A DNA stretch of 64,000 nucleotides from an uncultured Methanosarcinaceae archaeon. Its GTDB lineage: Archaea; Halobacteriota; Methanosarcinia; Methanosarcinales; Methanosarcinaceae. Of the stretch, positions 29,181 through 41,469 are shown one piece after another. Numbering within the stretch: position 1 is the first letter of the stretch; each line of letters begins with the position of its first letter. The position numbers and the translations under genes were made by a program. Location of the stretch: the NCBI GenBank assembly GCA_963727895.1, contig CAVSHT010000006.1:32001-96000 (forward strand), written 5' to 3'. The notes under the pieces were generated by a model, which searched no databases, had not been told where the DNA came from, and worked only from the letters and a program-made list of their open reading frames with translations.

Positions 29181-29920
29181 GGCATTGTTATCTAAACATA
29201 GTTAACTCTTTATTTCTTTATTTCATCAATATAATAACCGAGTACTTTAGCATTTCAAGACTTTTTGTATAACACTTTGTCTTTCTTCTCAATCTTGCCA
29301 GGAAATGCCTCAATATGCTGTTATATCCCTCAACTGTAAATGTTTCTGCTTTGGATTGAGTATGGATCTTTTCTGGAATAAACTCTGCATATGCCCTCCA
29401 GTGATCTGTCATCACTTCTCCAATCTCTTTTTTCTTCAATTTTTCCCAGAGTAGTTTTCCAGTTTCTGTTCCTCTGCTACCAAAAGAGCAGTTGATAAAC
29501 TTTTTCCCAACTCTATCAACAGCAATCCAGATCCAGCAATATTTTTTTTGTTACCGATGTAAGTGTGCATCTCATCCATTTCAACAATAGATATCTCACT
29601 TTCACTTTTTAGGTCCTCTAACTCCTGACCAAATTTCTTTATCCATCTTTGGATAGAAACATGACTCACCCCTAAAACTCTTCCTATTGAACGAAAGCCC
29701 AATACTTCAAGGTAAAGTTGTAAAGCCTGTCTTTTTACAGAGGCGGAAAAAGCAGTTGATTTTAGCTCTACTGTATAGTTATATCCACAATCATGGCATT
29801 TGTAGCGTTGACGCCCGCCAACTATACCGTTCTTTTTGTGACTGGAACTATTGCATCTGGGGCAGTTCATGAAGAAATATACTTTCTAATAGTATATAAC
29901 TATGTTTAAGTATCAATGCC
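29181..29920 (-). mobile_element. IS1-family element, copy 1 (740 bp; premature TAA near the transposase C-terminus)
   Basis: Terminal inverted repeats GGCATTGTTATCTAAACATAGTTA / GGCATTGATACTTAAACATAGTTA; InsA zinc finger + HTH; A8 slippery site at 29542-29549; InsB motifs DEM, TDHW..Y, VEG.N..LR..LARL.R. Confidence 0.93.
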
Positions 29921-30090
29921 ATTTGCATTTATATCTTCATTAACCGGTTAAATATTAATTTAACCAGAAAATAGGCTGTATTCTTTTGAATGTCCTTTAT
30001 TTATCTTAATTTATTAAAAAAAGAGAAATAAACTTTAATTTGATAGTGTGTTTAAAAGAACTTAGTTAAACTTATTTTTAAAATGTTATT

Positions 30091-30541
30091 TCATTTTTTC
30101 AAAGTTCCTACCACAGGATAACCTTTTAATATTCTATCCCCGTGAGGTGCTTTGTCCATTTTTTCCAGTGAGATCGGTTCCAGCATTACACCCGTTATGA
30201 CTACCATTTTTCCACATATCACTATCTGAAACATTATAGATCTGATCTTGATAGGCAACATATGCTGTCCCATTTTTACCATTATATTTTGCAAATTCTT
30301 CAAGGGTATATTCTTTTATTTTCGATTTTTCGGTCACATTCTGTGTTGCAGTTGTATTCTGTCTTTCAGTTATGTTCTGTATTGCAGTTGCTTTTTCTCC
30401 AGCTGGAGTAACTACCTCAGTCGGAGTTACAGCTTGTTCCGAAGTTCCTGTTTCATTTGGAGTTACCTGTTTATTTCCCGCGCATCCTATTGCGAGAAAT
30501 AAACCTAACAACACTATTAATATAATCAGTGCTTTTCTCAC
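30091..30541 (-). pseudogene. Lipoprotein with cytochrome-b5-like heme/steroid-binding domain, frameshifted in an A6 run at 30159-30164
   Basis: YTLEE.AKYNG.NG..YVAY...IY.VS...W..G.H...AGTDLT, then APHG...L..YPVVG.L in another frame. Confidence 0.8.
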
Positions 30542-30832
30542 GGTTTCACTCCCCAGCCTACAATATAGTTATTGTATCCAGAAATGATTTCACAGATTCA
30601 AAACCAGTTGAAAGTTCAATGAACTATAAAAAGCAGGTGATTCAAGAATAAAAGTTGAATAATTTCCAATCGCTTTTTTGCATTATAGATTGTTATGTAA
30701 AATGGAATAAATTCAAAGTTGAAGTAAATGTCAGGCAGTGTCTCAAAAAAAATCTTCTCAATAAGGAAAACGAGATTGGAAACTTACTTAGTTGCTACGC
30801 TTATGAATTAAATTTCTTTGTTTTTTTGTTTC

Positions 30833-31348
30833 TTATTCACTTATTTCTCCCCACATTTCACGTTCTTTTTCATTTTCATATACTTTTTCTATCCACTTCT
30901 CACGAAGCATACTAATCCAGTCCGGATGTTCAACGCCGTCATATTCGAATCCCAAAAACTTGTCTTTGCCAAAATGACTAAACGAAAGTGAAGCTACCTG
31001 TTCAAGTGATAGGTCATTAAGAGGCATTAATCCAAAAATGCCATATGTTGGACGTGTAGCCGGAACAACACCAATTACCGTTTCCTCATCCCCTATGTGA
31101 GTATCCACACCGTAAATACCAATACCTGAGCCATCTTGATAAACTGGATTTGATTTAACAAACGTTTTCGTTAATTCTTTGTTTTCTAATTCTTTTTCTT
31201 TTACTGTATACTGGACAACTGCATATCCAATTAAAATGCGCTTTGTAACATACTCAGAAATTCCATCTATGTTCTCAAAGCCAGTCTTCATCGGAATAGC
31301 ATTAACGGCTCCCCTGACTTCCTTATATAATTGCTCATTATCTACCAT
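30833..31348 (-). CDS. Hypothetical protein
   Basis: 171-aa ORF with a GGGGAG RBS; no family recognised. Confidence 0.7.
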   Translation of the reverse strand: MVDNEQLYKEVRGAVNAIPMKTGFENIDGISEYVTKRILIGYAVVQYTVKEKELENKELTKTFVKSNPVYQDGSGIGIYGVDTHIGDEETVIGVVPATRPTYGIFGLMPLNDLSLEQVASLSFSHFGKDKFLGFEYDGVEHPDWISMLREKWIEKVYENEKEREMWGEISE

Positions 31349-31967
31349 GCTAATAACTCCCCTAGATAAGCGTTAATATTGGCTCTAATTATTATAAGAT
31401 CTTTTTTATTCATAATTGTGAGTACATATCAGTATATTCTCTCATAGAGTTAGCTTTTATGAAATCAGCTCTAATGCGAACTATCTTACTTTAGGATAAA
31501 TAGATCTAGCGAAGTTTCAATAGTTACAGTTTCTTTGTTGATAAAAAATTAGTAATTTAGATCTGTATAATAACTTTTTGATTTTGTGAGCTGCAAATGA
31601 GAGATGTCTGCAGCCTTTTTGGAGATTTGTTCAGAGGCTCCAGCATTTCGATTCGAAGAAAGGTATTTTTTCGAGATGAAACTTTTTTGCGGAAAATGAG
31701 AATTAGTCCCCGGCTTGAGAGTTGTGTGGATCTGGAAATGTTTTTGGAATCGAATCACTGGAAGCCTCTAATTTCTAAATAAAAATAAGTTTATTATATA
31801 TCTATTGGATATATTCTATATATTCAATCTTAGAATACTTAGTTTTCTGAGTAATATTAATTCAGAGTAATCTTAATATCAGCTTATTTTTCATCATGCT
31901 ATTAATTAATCATTTTGTTTTAGGCGATCATTTTTTATATATTCATAAAGAATTCCTTCATGTTACC

Positions 31968-32630
31968 ATGCTGCTCTTTGGACATATTGGTATTACACTT
32001 GGGATATTTTTCGTATTCTCATATATTAAACCAAGATTGAAGACTATCATAGACCTGAGGTTTCTTGCTATTGGAGCCCTTTTACCTGACTTGATAGATA
32101 AACCATTAGGAATGATTATCTTTGCATCAACCATTTCAAATGGACGTATGATAAGTCATACATTATTATTTTCTTTTACTCTCTTCCTAATAGGTTTATA
32201 TTTCTATGATAAAAAAAGCGATATCGCAATTATTTCCCTTGCTTCAGGTTCTTTCTTTCATCTTATGGAAGATCAGATGTGGAATACTCCTAAAACCTTA
32301 CTTTGGCCTCTACTTGGGTGGAGTTTTCCAAAAGATAACATTACTGACGGAATTGCATTTTTATTAATGTTATTCAAAAAATCTTTTATACCTAGTTTCT
32401 CACAAGGTTTTATTCCTGATAAAACTTTTATTCCTGAAATAATGGGAATGATGGTAATATTTATTTTGACTTTAAATTGGTTAAAAAACAAGTTGATCAA
32501 AACGAGTTTTAAAAATGAGAAAATACTAACAGAGACTGCTAAAAAACCGGATATAGAAACAACCGTATTTTACATCATAGGTTTCCTAGTATTTGGACTA
32601 CTTTCCGTAAGCGCCATTATATCACTTTAA
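31968..32630 (+). CDS. Membrane-bound metal-dependent hydrolase (YdjM-like)
   Basis: MLLFGH, GALLPDLIDKP, R...HTL, HL..D, LLWPL.G. Confidence 0.85.
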   Translation: MLLFGHIGITLGIFFVFSYIKPRLKTIIDLRFLAIGALLPDLIDKPLGMIIFASTISNGRMISHTLLFSFTLFLIGLYFYDKKSDIAIISLASGSFFHLMEDQMWNTPKTLLWPLLGWSFPKDNITDGIAFLLMLFKKSFIPSFSQGFIPDKTFIPEIMGMMVIFILTLNWLKNKLIKTSFKNEKILTETAKKPDIETTVFYIIGFLVFGLLSVSAIISL

Positions 32631-32834
32631 GATTTTAACTGAGACTTGTGGAATACATGAGATCTAAAACTTTAAGGCTTTTTTCATCATCGTGAGTACA
32701 TACTTGTAAATTACTCGATCGCTTTACAATTATTCAATTACTTACAAAATGAGATCATGCGAAACAATTCTGTATTTTAGGGTCTAATTATTAATATTAT
32801 CTAAGTATAGATCATAGATATAGATATTAAAGGG

Positions 32835-33344
32835 GTGTCAAGTATGAAAAGTACTATTTTCAGGAAGATTATGGTTGCGACCGACGGTTCAGAACTCGTA
32901 AAAAGAGCAGTCGATTCAGCAATTGAAATTGCAAAATTAAGCGAAGCAAAGCTGTATGCTGTACATGTGATCGAATTAGGTGGCGATCTGCTAATTCCTT
33001 CAAGAGAAGAGGGGTGGAAAAGAACAATCGAAGAACAACTTTCTATAGAGGGTAAGAAAGCAACAGACTATGTGGAAAATATCGCAAGAGCTGCAAACGT
33101 TGAGGTTGAATCCATAATTCTTGAAGGAAAACCTGTGAATGAGATCCTTGATTTTGCAGAAAAAAACGAAGTTGACCTTATTGTTATGGGCACACATGGA
33201 AAAACTGGAATTCAGAGATTTTTTGTCGGAAGCGTGTCTGAAAATGTAGTTAGACATTCTAAAATACCTGTAATTGTTGTAAAAGGAGAGTCTTCCGATT
33301 TATTATATAAGGCTCTGCTTAAAAGTGAGGAACAGACACAATAA
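32835..33344 (+). CDS. Universal stress protein (UspA family)
   Basis: KIMVATDGSE, DLIVMGTHGKTG...GSVSE.VVRHS..PV.VV. Confidence 0.95.
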   Translation: MSSMKSTIFRKIMVATDGSELVKRAVDSAIEIAKLSEAKLYAVHVIELGGDLLIPSREEGWKRTIEEQLSIEGKKATDYVENIARAANVEVESIILEGKPVNEILDFAEKNEVDLIVMGTHGKTGIQRFFVGSVSENVVRHSKIPVIVVKGESSDLLYKALLKSEEQTQ

Positions 33345-33575
33345 TGCAATTGATTTAATATCAGCATTTATACTTCACTCTTTTCAATATTTAATTCTAG
33401 TTTCAATGATGTTACCTTGAAAGTATATTGAAAGTTATGCAAAATCAGTAGCATAAAAGTTCTGTCTCTTTATTTATTTTTCACTTTTCACAAACTCGAA
33501 ACTACTTGATTCTAAAATTCATTTAAGAAATGATAAAGTTCAAATTATTAAATAGCTGATAAGGTCTGATTTTAA

Positions 33576-34578
33576 ATGCTCAAAAGAAGGAATATTTGCA
33601 AATGGCTGCTACTTATCTTTCTTATCTGTTTTTTACCCTCTAGTACTGCAAGCGCAGATAATAGTGAATTGAATGATTTCAAATCTAATCTCAGATTCTT
33701 CAATAACGGAGTTTGCAAATGATTCTTCTTTCATAGCATACAGAGGAACCTTACCAGAAACAATTGATCAGAAATGGGAAAATTCAATTGTAGATTGCTG
33801 GTTAAATTTTACTCGCATGGGACCTTCATATTCCGAATTTGACAAGTCTATAAAAAGTATTGCTTCTAATAACGAAATGCTAATAATTGAAATAAGGTTT
33901 GCCTATAAAGGAGAAGTAAATAACTCTAGAATTGATACGATCTATCAAAAAATTGAGGATTATTGTGAGAAACAAGAAGGTATAAGTGACGTTCCTGTAG
34001 TCTTTATGTGGGCACATGATGAAGAGGATCTCCCATTACCGGATTATGGTTCTCAGATCTTTGAGTACGTTAAAAATGAATCTGGTTTTATAACTAATCG
34101 AGGAACAATGCCAGTTATTACAGACGCTAATGAAATCGTGGAATGGGTAAATTTACTTATTGAATATAGTCGATCAAGTTCTTTCCTTGAGGGAATCAAC
34201 CCTTATTTGGCTGTATCCGGCGGTCCTGTTAATGGTTTTGGAGCTGATATTAATGGATACTTATTAGTCAGTTTCGAACCATCAACTCCATAAAAAGTAA
34301 ATGAATCAGTAATTGATACAATATATAAAGTAATAAATGAACACTTTAAACAGAAAGGCATAGATGATGTACCAGTCGTTTTTGAATGGAGAGAAGTGGT
34401 GAACGACACACTAGCACCAGCTGATGGACTAGATGCTAACGAAAGTAATAATATTAACGTACCCGATCATGAAGAGGAAACCGTTAGTAATAAGACAACC
34501 AATCAAATTTCTGGTTTTACTTTAATAATGGGTGTTCTAGGAATTTTATCGTTGCTGATTATCAAGCGTTCAGTATAA
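33576..34578 (+). pseudogene. Secreted two-repeat surface protein with C-terminal SGF-TM-KR anchor; frameshift at ~33670-33700 and TAA at 34291
   Basis: The signal peptide from ATG 33576 is out of frame with the body. The in-frame sequence after the TAA (VNESVIDTIY...DVPVVFEW) matches repeat 1 (VNNSRIDTIY...DVPVVFMW). Confidence 0.8.
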
Positions 34579-34799
34579 ATTAGCAACTTCAATGGTTATC
34601 GATTCATAGGTATACATCTGAATCTCAGAACAGTATCCGAAAAATTGTTGAATATTGAATTATGTCAAAAAAGTGCAGCTTTTTAAGGCTACAAAAATAA
34701 TTTTTTATTCCGGCGTTACTTCAAACCTGTCACAGGAGTTCACTGATCTCTATTCGAGTGCAGGTTTTGCCCCCATATTCGCATTCAAGCAGACTTATT

Positions 34800-35740
<941 letters not shown>

Positions 35741-35780
35741 GCTGTCACCTTTTTACCTTTTTATCTCTTTTAATCTCTTT

Positions 35781-36571
35781 TTAAATTCTTTCGATTTTCG
35801 TGGTGAAGTCAAGTGGATTTGCGTCATAGGGAGCGCTTATAACGATAATATCTACAAAAGGAGCGTATTCAGGAATCATGGGCCCTTTGATTCCTCCCAC
35901 TGCAAGTTCAAGCTTTGGATTTAGTTTCTTAAGTTCAGGCCCGAGCTCTCGAAGTTCTTCTGGAGAATAGTGGTCAAGGAGCATAATATCCGACATTCCG
36001 GCATATTTGAACGCTTCTTCTCTCGTTCTGGGTTCGATTTCTATTTTTTTAATCGCCTTAAGTTTTCCCAGTTCGCCTGCAACTTCCAGGTGGTTCTGAC
36101 TAAACTGAATGGAATCGCTGAGGGAGTTCCTGTGGATATCTCCTCCGCCTGCTCTAACGGCTTTAATCTCAAATATCCGTGATCCGGGGTGAGTCTTCCG
36201 GCTTGTTGCAATAATAATGTCAGGGTTTGCCTTTCTGCCTGCACTAACGAGAGAAGCCGTCTTCGTGGCAATTGCACACATGATGGTAAGGAAAGTCTGG
36301 GAAACTCTCCAGAATCTGAACAGGAGTTTTAAGTCTCCTTCTGCTTCAAAAATCATATCTCCAGACTTGAAAGTCTCCCCATCTCTGAGGTAGTGAAGGA
36401 TTTTCAGGTTTTTTCTTTCATAATATTCTGCCAGGTCGCTTGCGCAGGCACAGGTCCCGTTTTCTCTCGAAAAATCCTCATTTTTCCCCTGCCTTCAAGG
36501 TTGAGCAATTCTGCACTTTCATCCTGATAGGGGCAATCTTCGTAAAAGTAAAGTTCAAACAGATCTATCAT
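35781..36571 (-). pseudogene. modD: ModD-like quinolinate phosphoribosyltransferase-family protein, frameshifted at ~36470
   Basis: N-terminus MIDLFELYFYEDCPY.DE from ATG 36571 is out of frame with SRENG...; the body has SRKTHPG.R, AV.AGGG..HR..LSDS, IEIE and MLLDH. Confidence 0.75.
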
Positions 36572-36759
36572 GATTTGCCTCAAAAATTTTCTTCATAAAT
36601 TTCTACTTTTTATGTTTTTATTTCCCTTGCTTCCTGTTTTTCGGATCTATTTCTGTACTCCCACCATATGTTAACTTTACTTCTATCGGTAAACCTTACT
36701 CCCAGTTTTTATTAGTTTATTCAGGCTTCAAATTTTCCTTATGAATTTTTCCTGTGAAT

Positions 36760-37821
36760 TCACCTTATTATCCTGGCATTTGAAGCTTTGAACACAGCAT
36801 ATATTTCACTGCCTGGTTCGAGTTCGAGCATTTCACATGAAGTCGGCGTAACTACGGCTTTAATTTCTGCATGTCCAATCTCTATCTCGACAACTACAAG
36901 ATGTTCCTTTTTGAATATTCCTGAAACTTTTCCTTTCAATATATTTCGGGCCGAACTTTCCATAATCCCTCTGGCAAGAATAACTTCTTCCGAGCGAATA
37001 GAGATAGCTACATCTTCTCCGAGCTCAGCAGGGTCTGATGAATAGATTTCCAGTCCTTCGGCTTGAATTACTGTGATTTTTTTTTTCAAGGGCTTTTACC
37101 TTTCCCTTAAGCACATTGGTGCCCAGAAACTCGGCTACAAAATCAGGAAAAGGTCGCTTGAAAACCGATTCAGGGTCTCCTGCCTGCATAACTTTTCCTT
37201 TCTTTAATACAACCACGCGGTTCGCCAGAGCCCAGACATCTTCGAAATCGTGGGTCACATGCAAAACAGTGGTACTGTACTCACTGATCGCTTTTTTCAG
37301 CATCTTCCTGAGCTTTTTTTGTTCTTACGTCAAGGGCGCTAAAAGGTTCGTCTAGAAGGAGCAGCTTTGGTCTTACTACAAGGCTCCTTGCAATGGCTGT
37401 CCTCTGTTTCTCTCCTCCGATCAGGGTAGCTGGTTTTCTGTATAGCAACTCCCCTATTCCAAGGACTCCGGCAATCTGCTTTACTTCGGCTTCGATCTGT
37501 TTTTTTGTCCCTGATCTTTTTTCTAATCGCATATGCTATGTTTTCAAAAACATTCATGTGGGGAAAAAGCATGTGATCCTGACACACTATACTTATCTGC
37601 CTCATATTGGGGGGAAGATCGGTAATATCTTTTCCTTCCAGAATAATCCTGCCTTTTTTAGGACTGTAAAATCCTATTATCGTTTCAAGAAAAAGGGACT
37701 TTCCACTGCCAGTAGGACCTATAAGCGTTAAGTAATCTCCTTCTTCGGCTTTGAGCTTTATTCTGTCGAGTTCAAAACCTCCAACATCAAGGCAGAGATC
37801 CCTGACTTCAAGAAAACTCAC
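36760..37821 (-). pseudogene. Molybdate/tungstate ABC ATPase (ModC/WtpC with TOBE), three frameshifts
   Basis: Walker A GPTGSGKS, degenerate signature LIGGE, LLLDEP, HVTHD and SSARN are spread over four ORF fragments; breaks lie at A-runs 37500-37506, 37314-37320 and 37077-37086. Confidence 0.88.
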
Positions 37822-38600
37822 AGCTTCCCTCCTTCAAATCTTTCAAAGCTGAGAATTGCAAGAAAAGCAATTCCCATAAGTAAAATTCCACTTGTAATTG
37901 CCATTTCCAGATTTCCATAGGAAATGTTCAGGTAGAGGATTACAGGCAGAACTTCGGTATACATATATGATCCCCCTGCTAGCACCAGCACTGCTCCAAA
38001 AGCCCCTATACAGCGGGCAAAGGTGATCACTCCTGAAGCAAAAAGTCCACTCCTTGCCATTGGAAGAGTCACGTGCCTGAAAGTTTCAAATTCCCCGTAC
38101 CAAAAACTCCTTGAGACCAGTTCGTATCTTGGGTTGATGTCTTCAAAGGTGGAGTAGATTATCCTTACAGCATAGGGGAAAGCGACGAAAAACTGGGCAA
38201 TTATTATCCCGAGCTTGCTGAAGGTTACTTTTATCCCCACAGCTTCAAGCGCAGGTCCGAGAAAGCTCTGCTCGAAAAGAAGCAGGAGGGCTAGACCCAT
38301 TACCAGTTCCGGAAATGCCATTGGAAGCCCGAGTACGGTTTTTATAATGCTTTTTCCTGGAAAGGAAAAACGTGAAAGGGCGTAAGCTGTCGGAATTGAA
38401 CAGCACATTACCGAAAATGTTGAGACTGAAGAGGTCAGCGTGGAAAGTTTCATTGAATAAAGCATTTCTTCCGAAAGCGGGGCTGAAAAAATTTCTGATG
38501 GACTAAGGACGAAGAGCAAGGTTCCTATGAACAAAAAAAGCAAAAAGGTGAAGAAGAGGGCAATGCCCACTGTGAATTTCTTGAACCAGGAATATTTCAT
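37818..38600 (-). CDS. Molybdate/tungstate ABC permease (ModB/WtpB)
   Basis: AYALSRF.FPGK, LP..FP..V.GLALL, TF..VTLP.AR.G, FAR.IG.FGA. Start placed at ATG 38600. Confidence 0.85.
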   Translation of the reverse strand: MKYSWFKKFTVGIALFFTFLLFLFIGTLLFVLSPSEIFSAPLSEEMLYSMKLSTLTSSVSTFSVMCCSIPTAYALSRFSFPGKSIIKTVLGLPMAFPELVMGLALLLLFEQSFLGPALEAVGIKVTFSKLGIIIAQFFVAFPYAVRIIYSTFEDINPRYELVSRSFWYGEFETFRHVTLPMARSGLFASGVITFARCIGAFGAVLVLAGGSYMYTEVLPVILYLNISYGNLEMAITSGILLMGIAFLAILSFERFEGGKL

Positions 38601-38611
38601 ACTCGAGTATT

Positions 38612-39431
38612 TTAAGAACTGCATGGCTTAAAGCCCCATTTCTCCCAGGTAGCCTTTGCTTCATCTCCTGCGATGTAGGTGTTAAATGCTTTTGCCAGTT
38701 CAGGATCTTTTGTATATATGGAAACTGCCGTGGGTATGGTCTGTATTTTATTCTGTTTTTTAGGGATAGGGATTATTTTGATTTTTCCACTGGCTTCATT
38801 CCAGTTTGCCATATCTTCCCATATTATTGCTGCGTCCGCGTCTTTGGATGTGAGGTAAATAAGAAGCTGGTTTACTGTTGCAGTCTTGACAATTGTGTTA
38901 TTTTTTACTTCAGGAAGGATTCCTGCCTTTGTACAGATCTTTTCCGATACCTTGCCTATTGCAGGTCCATTAGGGTCTCCAAGAGCCAGTTTTATTCCAG
39001 GGTTTGCCAGGTCTTCGAGTTTGCTTATATTTGCAGGATTTTCTGCAGGTACTGCGATGACCGGGATATGCTGGGTCAGGTTTTCTACGCTATCATTGTA
39101 AACATAATTCTTTTCTATAGCCTGTTCAGTGTATTGATAGTCTCCGGGAATGAAAACGTCGCACTCCTTAGATGTCAGATATCCAAAGATTTCAGCACTT
39201 CCTTCATAACGAACCTCGATATCTGCCCCAGTCTCATTTTCAAAATTTCCAATCAAGTTCATTCATGGGCTTTATAAGTCCTGCTCCGGAACAAACAGTG
39301 ATCTGCTGCCCCTTAAATTCATTTGCCGAATTATTAGAAGCAGGAGTCGGAGACATTTTTTCAGTACATCCGGAGCTAGCCATAGCCATAGCCAGCAACA
39401 TGATAATTAAGAATGCTTAGACCTTTTTCAT
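38612..39431 (-). pseudogene. Molybdate ABC substrate-binding lipoprotein (ModA-like); nonsense codon at codon 5 and frameshift at ~39255
   Basis: ATG AAA AAG GTC TAA, then signal peptide ...SSGC and SGAGL.KPMNE, switching frame into the CDVFIPG / LGDP.GPAIG / TVNQL body. Confidence 0.85.
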
Positions 39432-39457
39432 TCAAAAACCCTCATATGGAATTTAGA

Positions 39458-39481
39458 CGATATGCCTAAATATGCATAAAG
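39458..39481. promoter_or_regulatory. Candidate ModE box upstream of the decayed modABC-modD operon
   Basis: CGATATGCC-TAAATA-TGCATAAAG has the same 24-bp geometry as the fmdE box and lies 27 bp from the ATG. Confidence 0.5.
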
Positions 39482-39883
39482 ATTGATAAAACTTATTATA
39501 AACATATATTCAAAAAATATAATCTGAGAGTTATAAAATATTTGATTGCTCTCCAATCCAATTTTTAAAAAGTAAATGTTACCAGATTAAACCCAAATCC
39601 CGGAGTCAGAACACGATCTATCCAGTCTTTCATTATAGCTGGTATAAAAATGAAATAAATAGGGAACTGAAAAATTAGAAGGTCAGCTCATTTTATTTTT
39701 TCCATCTCTTTTTTAATATCTGGAGCAAAAGTTCCTGTTTTTGAAGCCTGAAATATTTATAAAACACATTTCCCTAGAAAAAGTAAGTTTACTTAATTTT
39801 AAGGCGACAGAATTAGAATATGCTAAATCTACAGGATTCTCTTGAGCGCAATTGTTGTGCCGTTTGATCACGCTGTTACTTAG

Positions 39884-39946
39884 AGGTTTTCGATAAAACC
39901 TTTTCCCAAAGGGTTTTTCGCTCAAGCCTTTTTTGAAAAGGCTTGC
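39884..39946. repeat. Cluster of AAGCCTTTTTTGAAAAGGCTT-type palindromes downstream of hisB
   Basis: GGTTTTCGATAAAACC and CAAGCCTTTTTTGAAAAGGCTTG hairpins; related to 12940-13035. Confidence 0.65.
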
Positions 39947-39948
39947 GT

Positions 39949-40524
39949 TTAGAGAACTCCTTTAGTACTTTTTATCTCTTTACCTTCAATTTTTACAGCT
40001 CGTTTCATAGCATAAGCAAAAGCTTTGAAAAGCGCTTCGATCTTGTGATGGTCGTTATCGCCATAAACGTTTGCATGGATAGTAATCTTTGCATTTGAAG
40101 CCAGTGTTTCAAAGAAGTGTTTCACAAGCTGGGTACTGAATTGTCCAACCTGAGGAGATGAAAATTCAGCTATCAGGACAAGGTAGCTACGTCCGCCTAT
40201 ATCCAGAGCAACCTCGGCAAGAGCTTCGTCCATTGGAATTCTTGCTTCCCCAAAACGAGCAATTCCTGACATATTTCCAAGCGCCTCTGCAAGAACTTTT
40301 CCAAGAACTATTCCTGTATCTTCTACAAGGTGATGCTCGTCCACGTACAAGTCACCATCTGCACTTATCTTAAGATCAAATTCTGCATGTCTTGCAAAAG
40401 AAGTAAGCATATGGTCAAAAAACCCTATCCCTGTATTGATATCAACAATTCCTGTGCCATCAAGGTTTAGCTCCAGTTGGATATCAGTTTCTTTTGTCTT
40501 GCGGAACATTTTGCCTGTTCTCAT
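39949..40524 (-). CDS. hisB: Imidazoleglycerol-phosphate dehydratase
   Basis: [45 protein letters not shown]. Confidence 0.98.
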   Translation of the reverse strand: MRTGKMFRKTKETDIQLELNLDGTGIVDINTGIGFFDHMLTSFARHAEFDLKISADGDLYVDEHHLVEDTGIVLGKVLAEALGNMSGIARFGEARIPMDEALAEVALDIGGRSYLVLIAEFSSPQVGQFSTQLVKHFFETLASNAKITIHANVYGDNDHHKIEALFKAFAYAMKRAVKIEGKEIKSTKGVL

Positions 40525-40661
40525 AGAGCATCACATTCTCTTTAAATTTATAAATACTTTCTATCTGAATTCTTACTAATTTCTTCCTTATTTTCAGAAA
40601 TGTTGAAGAAATAGATTCTGTCGAAGATTTCTGTCAGGAAATAAATACAAGTTCAAAATCA

Positions 40662-41396
40662 TTAATGCTGGATTGTTTCAATCGCAGCTTCAAGTGTGAA
40701 CTTACCTGTGTAGAGAGCACTACCTACTACTACTCCTGCAGCTCCTGTATTCTTCAGAATCTTCAGGTCTTGAAGAGAACTTACTCCTCCTGATGCAATT
40801 ACAGGAATGTTGACAGATTCTACAAGTTTTTTTGTAGGAACAGGATTTACTCCCTGCATAAGGCCTTCAGTATCTATGTTTGTGAATAAAATGCTTCCTG
40901 TACCAAGTTCTTCAAATTTCCTGCCCATTTCTACAGGAGTTTGTGCACATTCTTCAGTCCAGCCTTTGATCGAGATTCTTCCATTTTTTGCATCAAGGGC
41001 AACGGTAACATGTTCGTTTCCAAAAGTACTGGAAAGCCTTTTTACAAGTTCCGGATTCTGAAGCGCAGCAGTTCCAAGAATCACTCTCGAAACTCCAAGT
41101 TCAAGCAGAAAAGCTGCATCTTCAAAACTTCGAATGCCTCCTCCTACCTGAATCTGTACTTCTTTTTCTCGGCATTCGCTGACTATTTTTTCGATAATAG
41201 GAGCGTTTTTACGTTCTCCTTCTATTGCTCCATCTAAGTCTACCAGATGAAGGGTCTTTGCTCCCTTTCTTACCCAGTCAAGAGCAACTTCAACAGGATC
41301 ATCAAGGGACACAATTTCACTGCCCGGAATTCCCTGAACAAGCTGAACGCACTTTCCACCCCTCATATCTACTGCGGGAATCACTTCAAAAACCAA
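40662..41396 (-). CDS. hisA: ProFAR isomerase
   Basis: IPAVD.RGG.CV.L.QG, LHLVDLDGA, QVGGGIR, GW.E, ASGGV. Confidence 0.97.
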   Translation of the reverse strand: MVFEVIPAVDMRGGKCVQLVQGIPGSEIVSLDDPVEVALDWVRKGAKTLHLVDLDGAIEGERKNAPIIEKIVSECREKEVQIQVGGGIRSFEDAAFLLELGVSRVILGTAALQNPELVKRLSSTFGNEHVTVALDAKNGRISIKGWTEECAQTPVEMGRKFEELGTGSILFTNIDTEGLMQGVNPVPTKKLVESVNIPVIASGGVSSLQDLKILKNTGAAGVVVGSALYTGKFTLEAAIETIQH

Positions 41397-41469
41397 AGTT
41401 ACATCTCCTACGCGCCTTTTAGATCTCTCTCTGTTTATTTTATTTGATCTGTCATTAGGAGCTTTTTTT

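Noticed and set aside
29173..29928. Target-site duplication around IS1 copy 1
   Set aside because: The flanks ATTTATTT and ATTTGCAT share only four bases.
31549..31782. Short ORFs on both strands, possibly a transposase relic
   Set aside because: No motif or terminal repeat I can identify with confidence.
37025..37532. Programmed frameshifting or phase variation in the ABC ATPase
   Set aside because: Three independent shifts, a damaged signature motif and a dead modA fit decay better.
41397..41410. Minimal ATG-TAA ORF just before the hisA TTG start
   Set aside because: The ATG overlaps the GGAGA RBS and is easily explained by chance.
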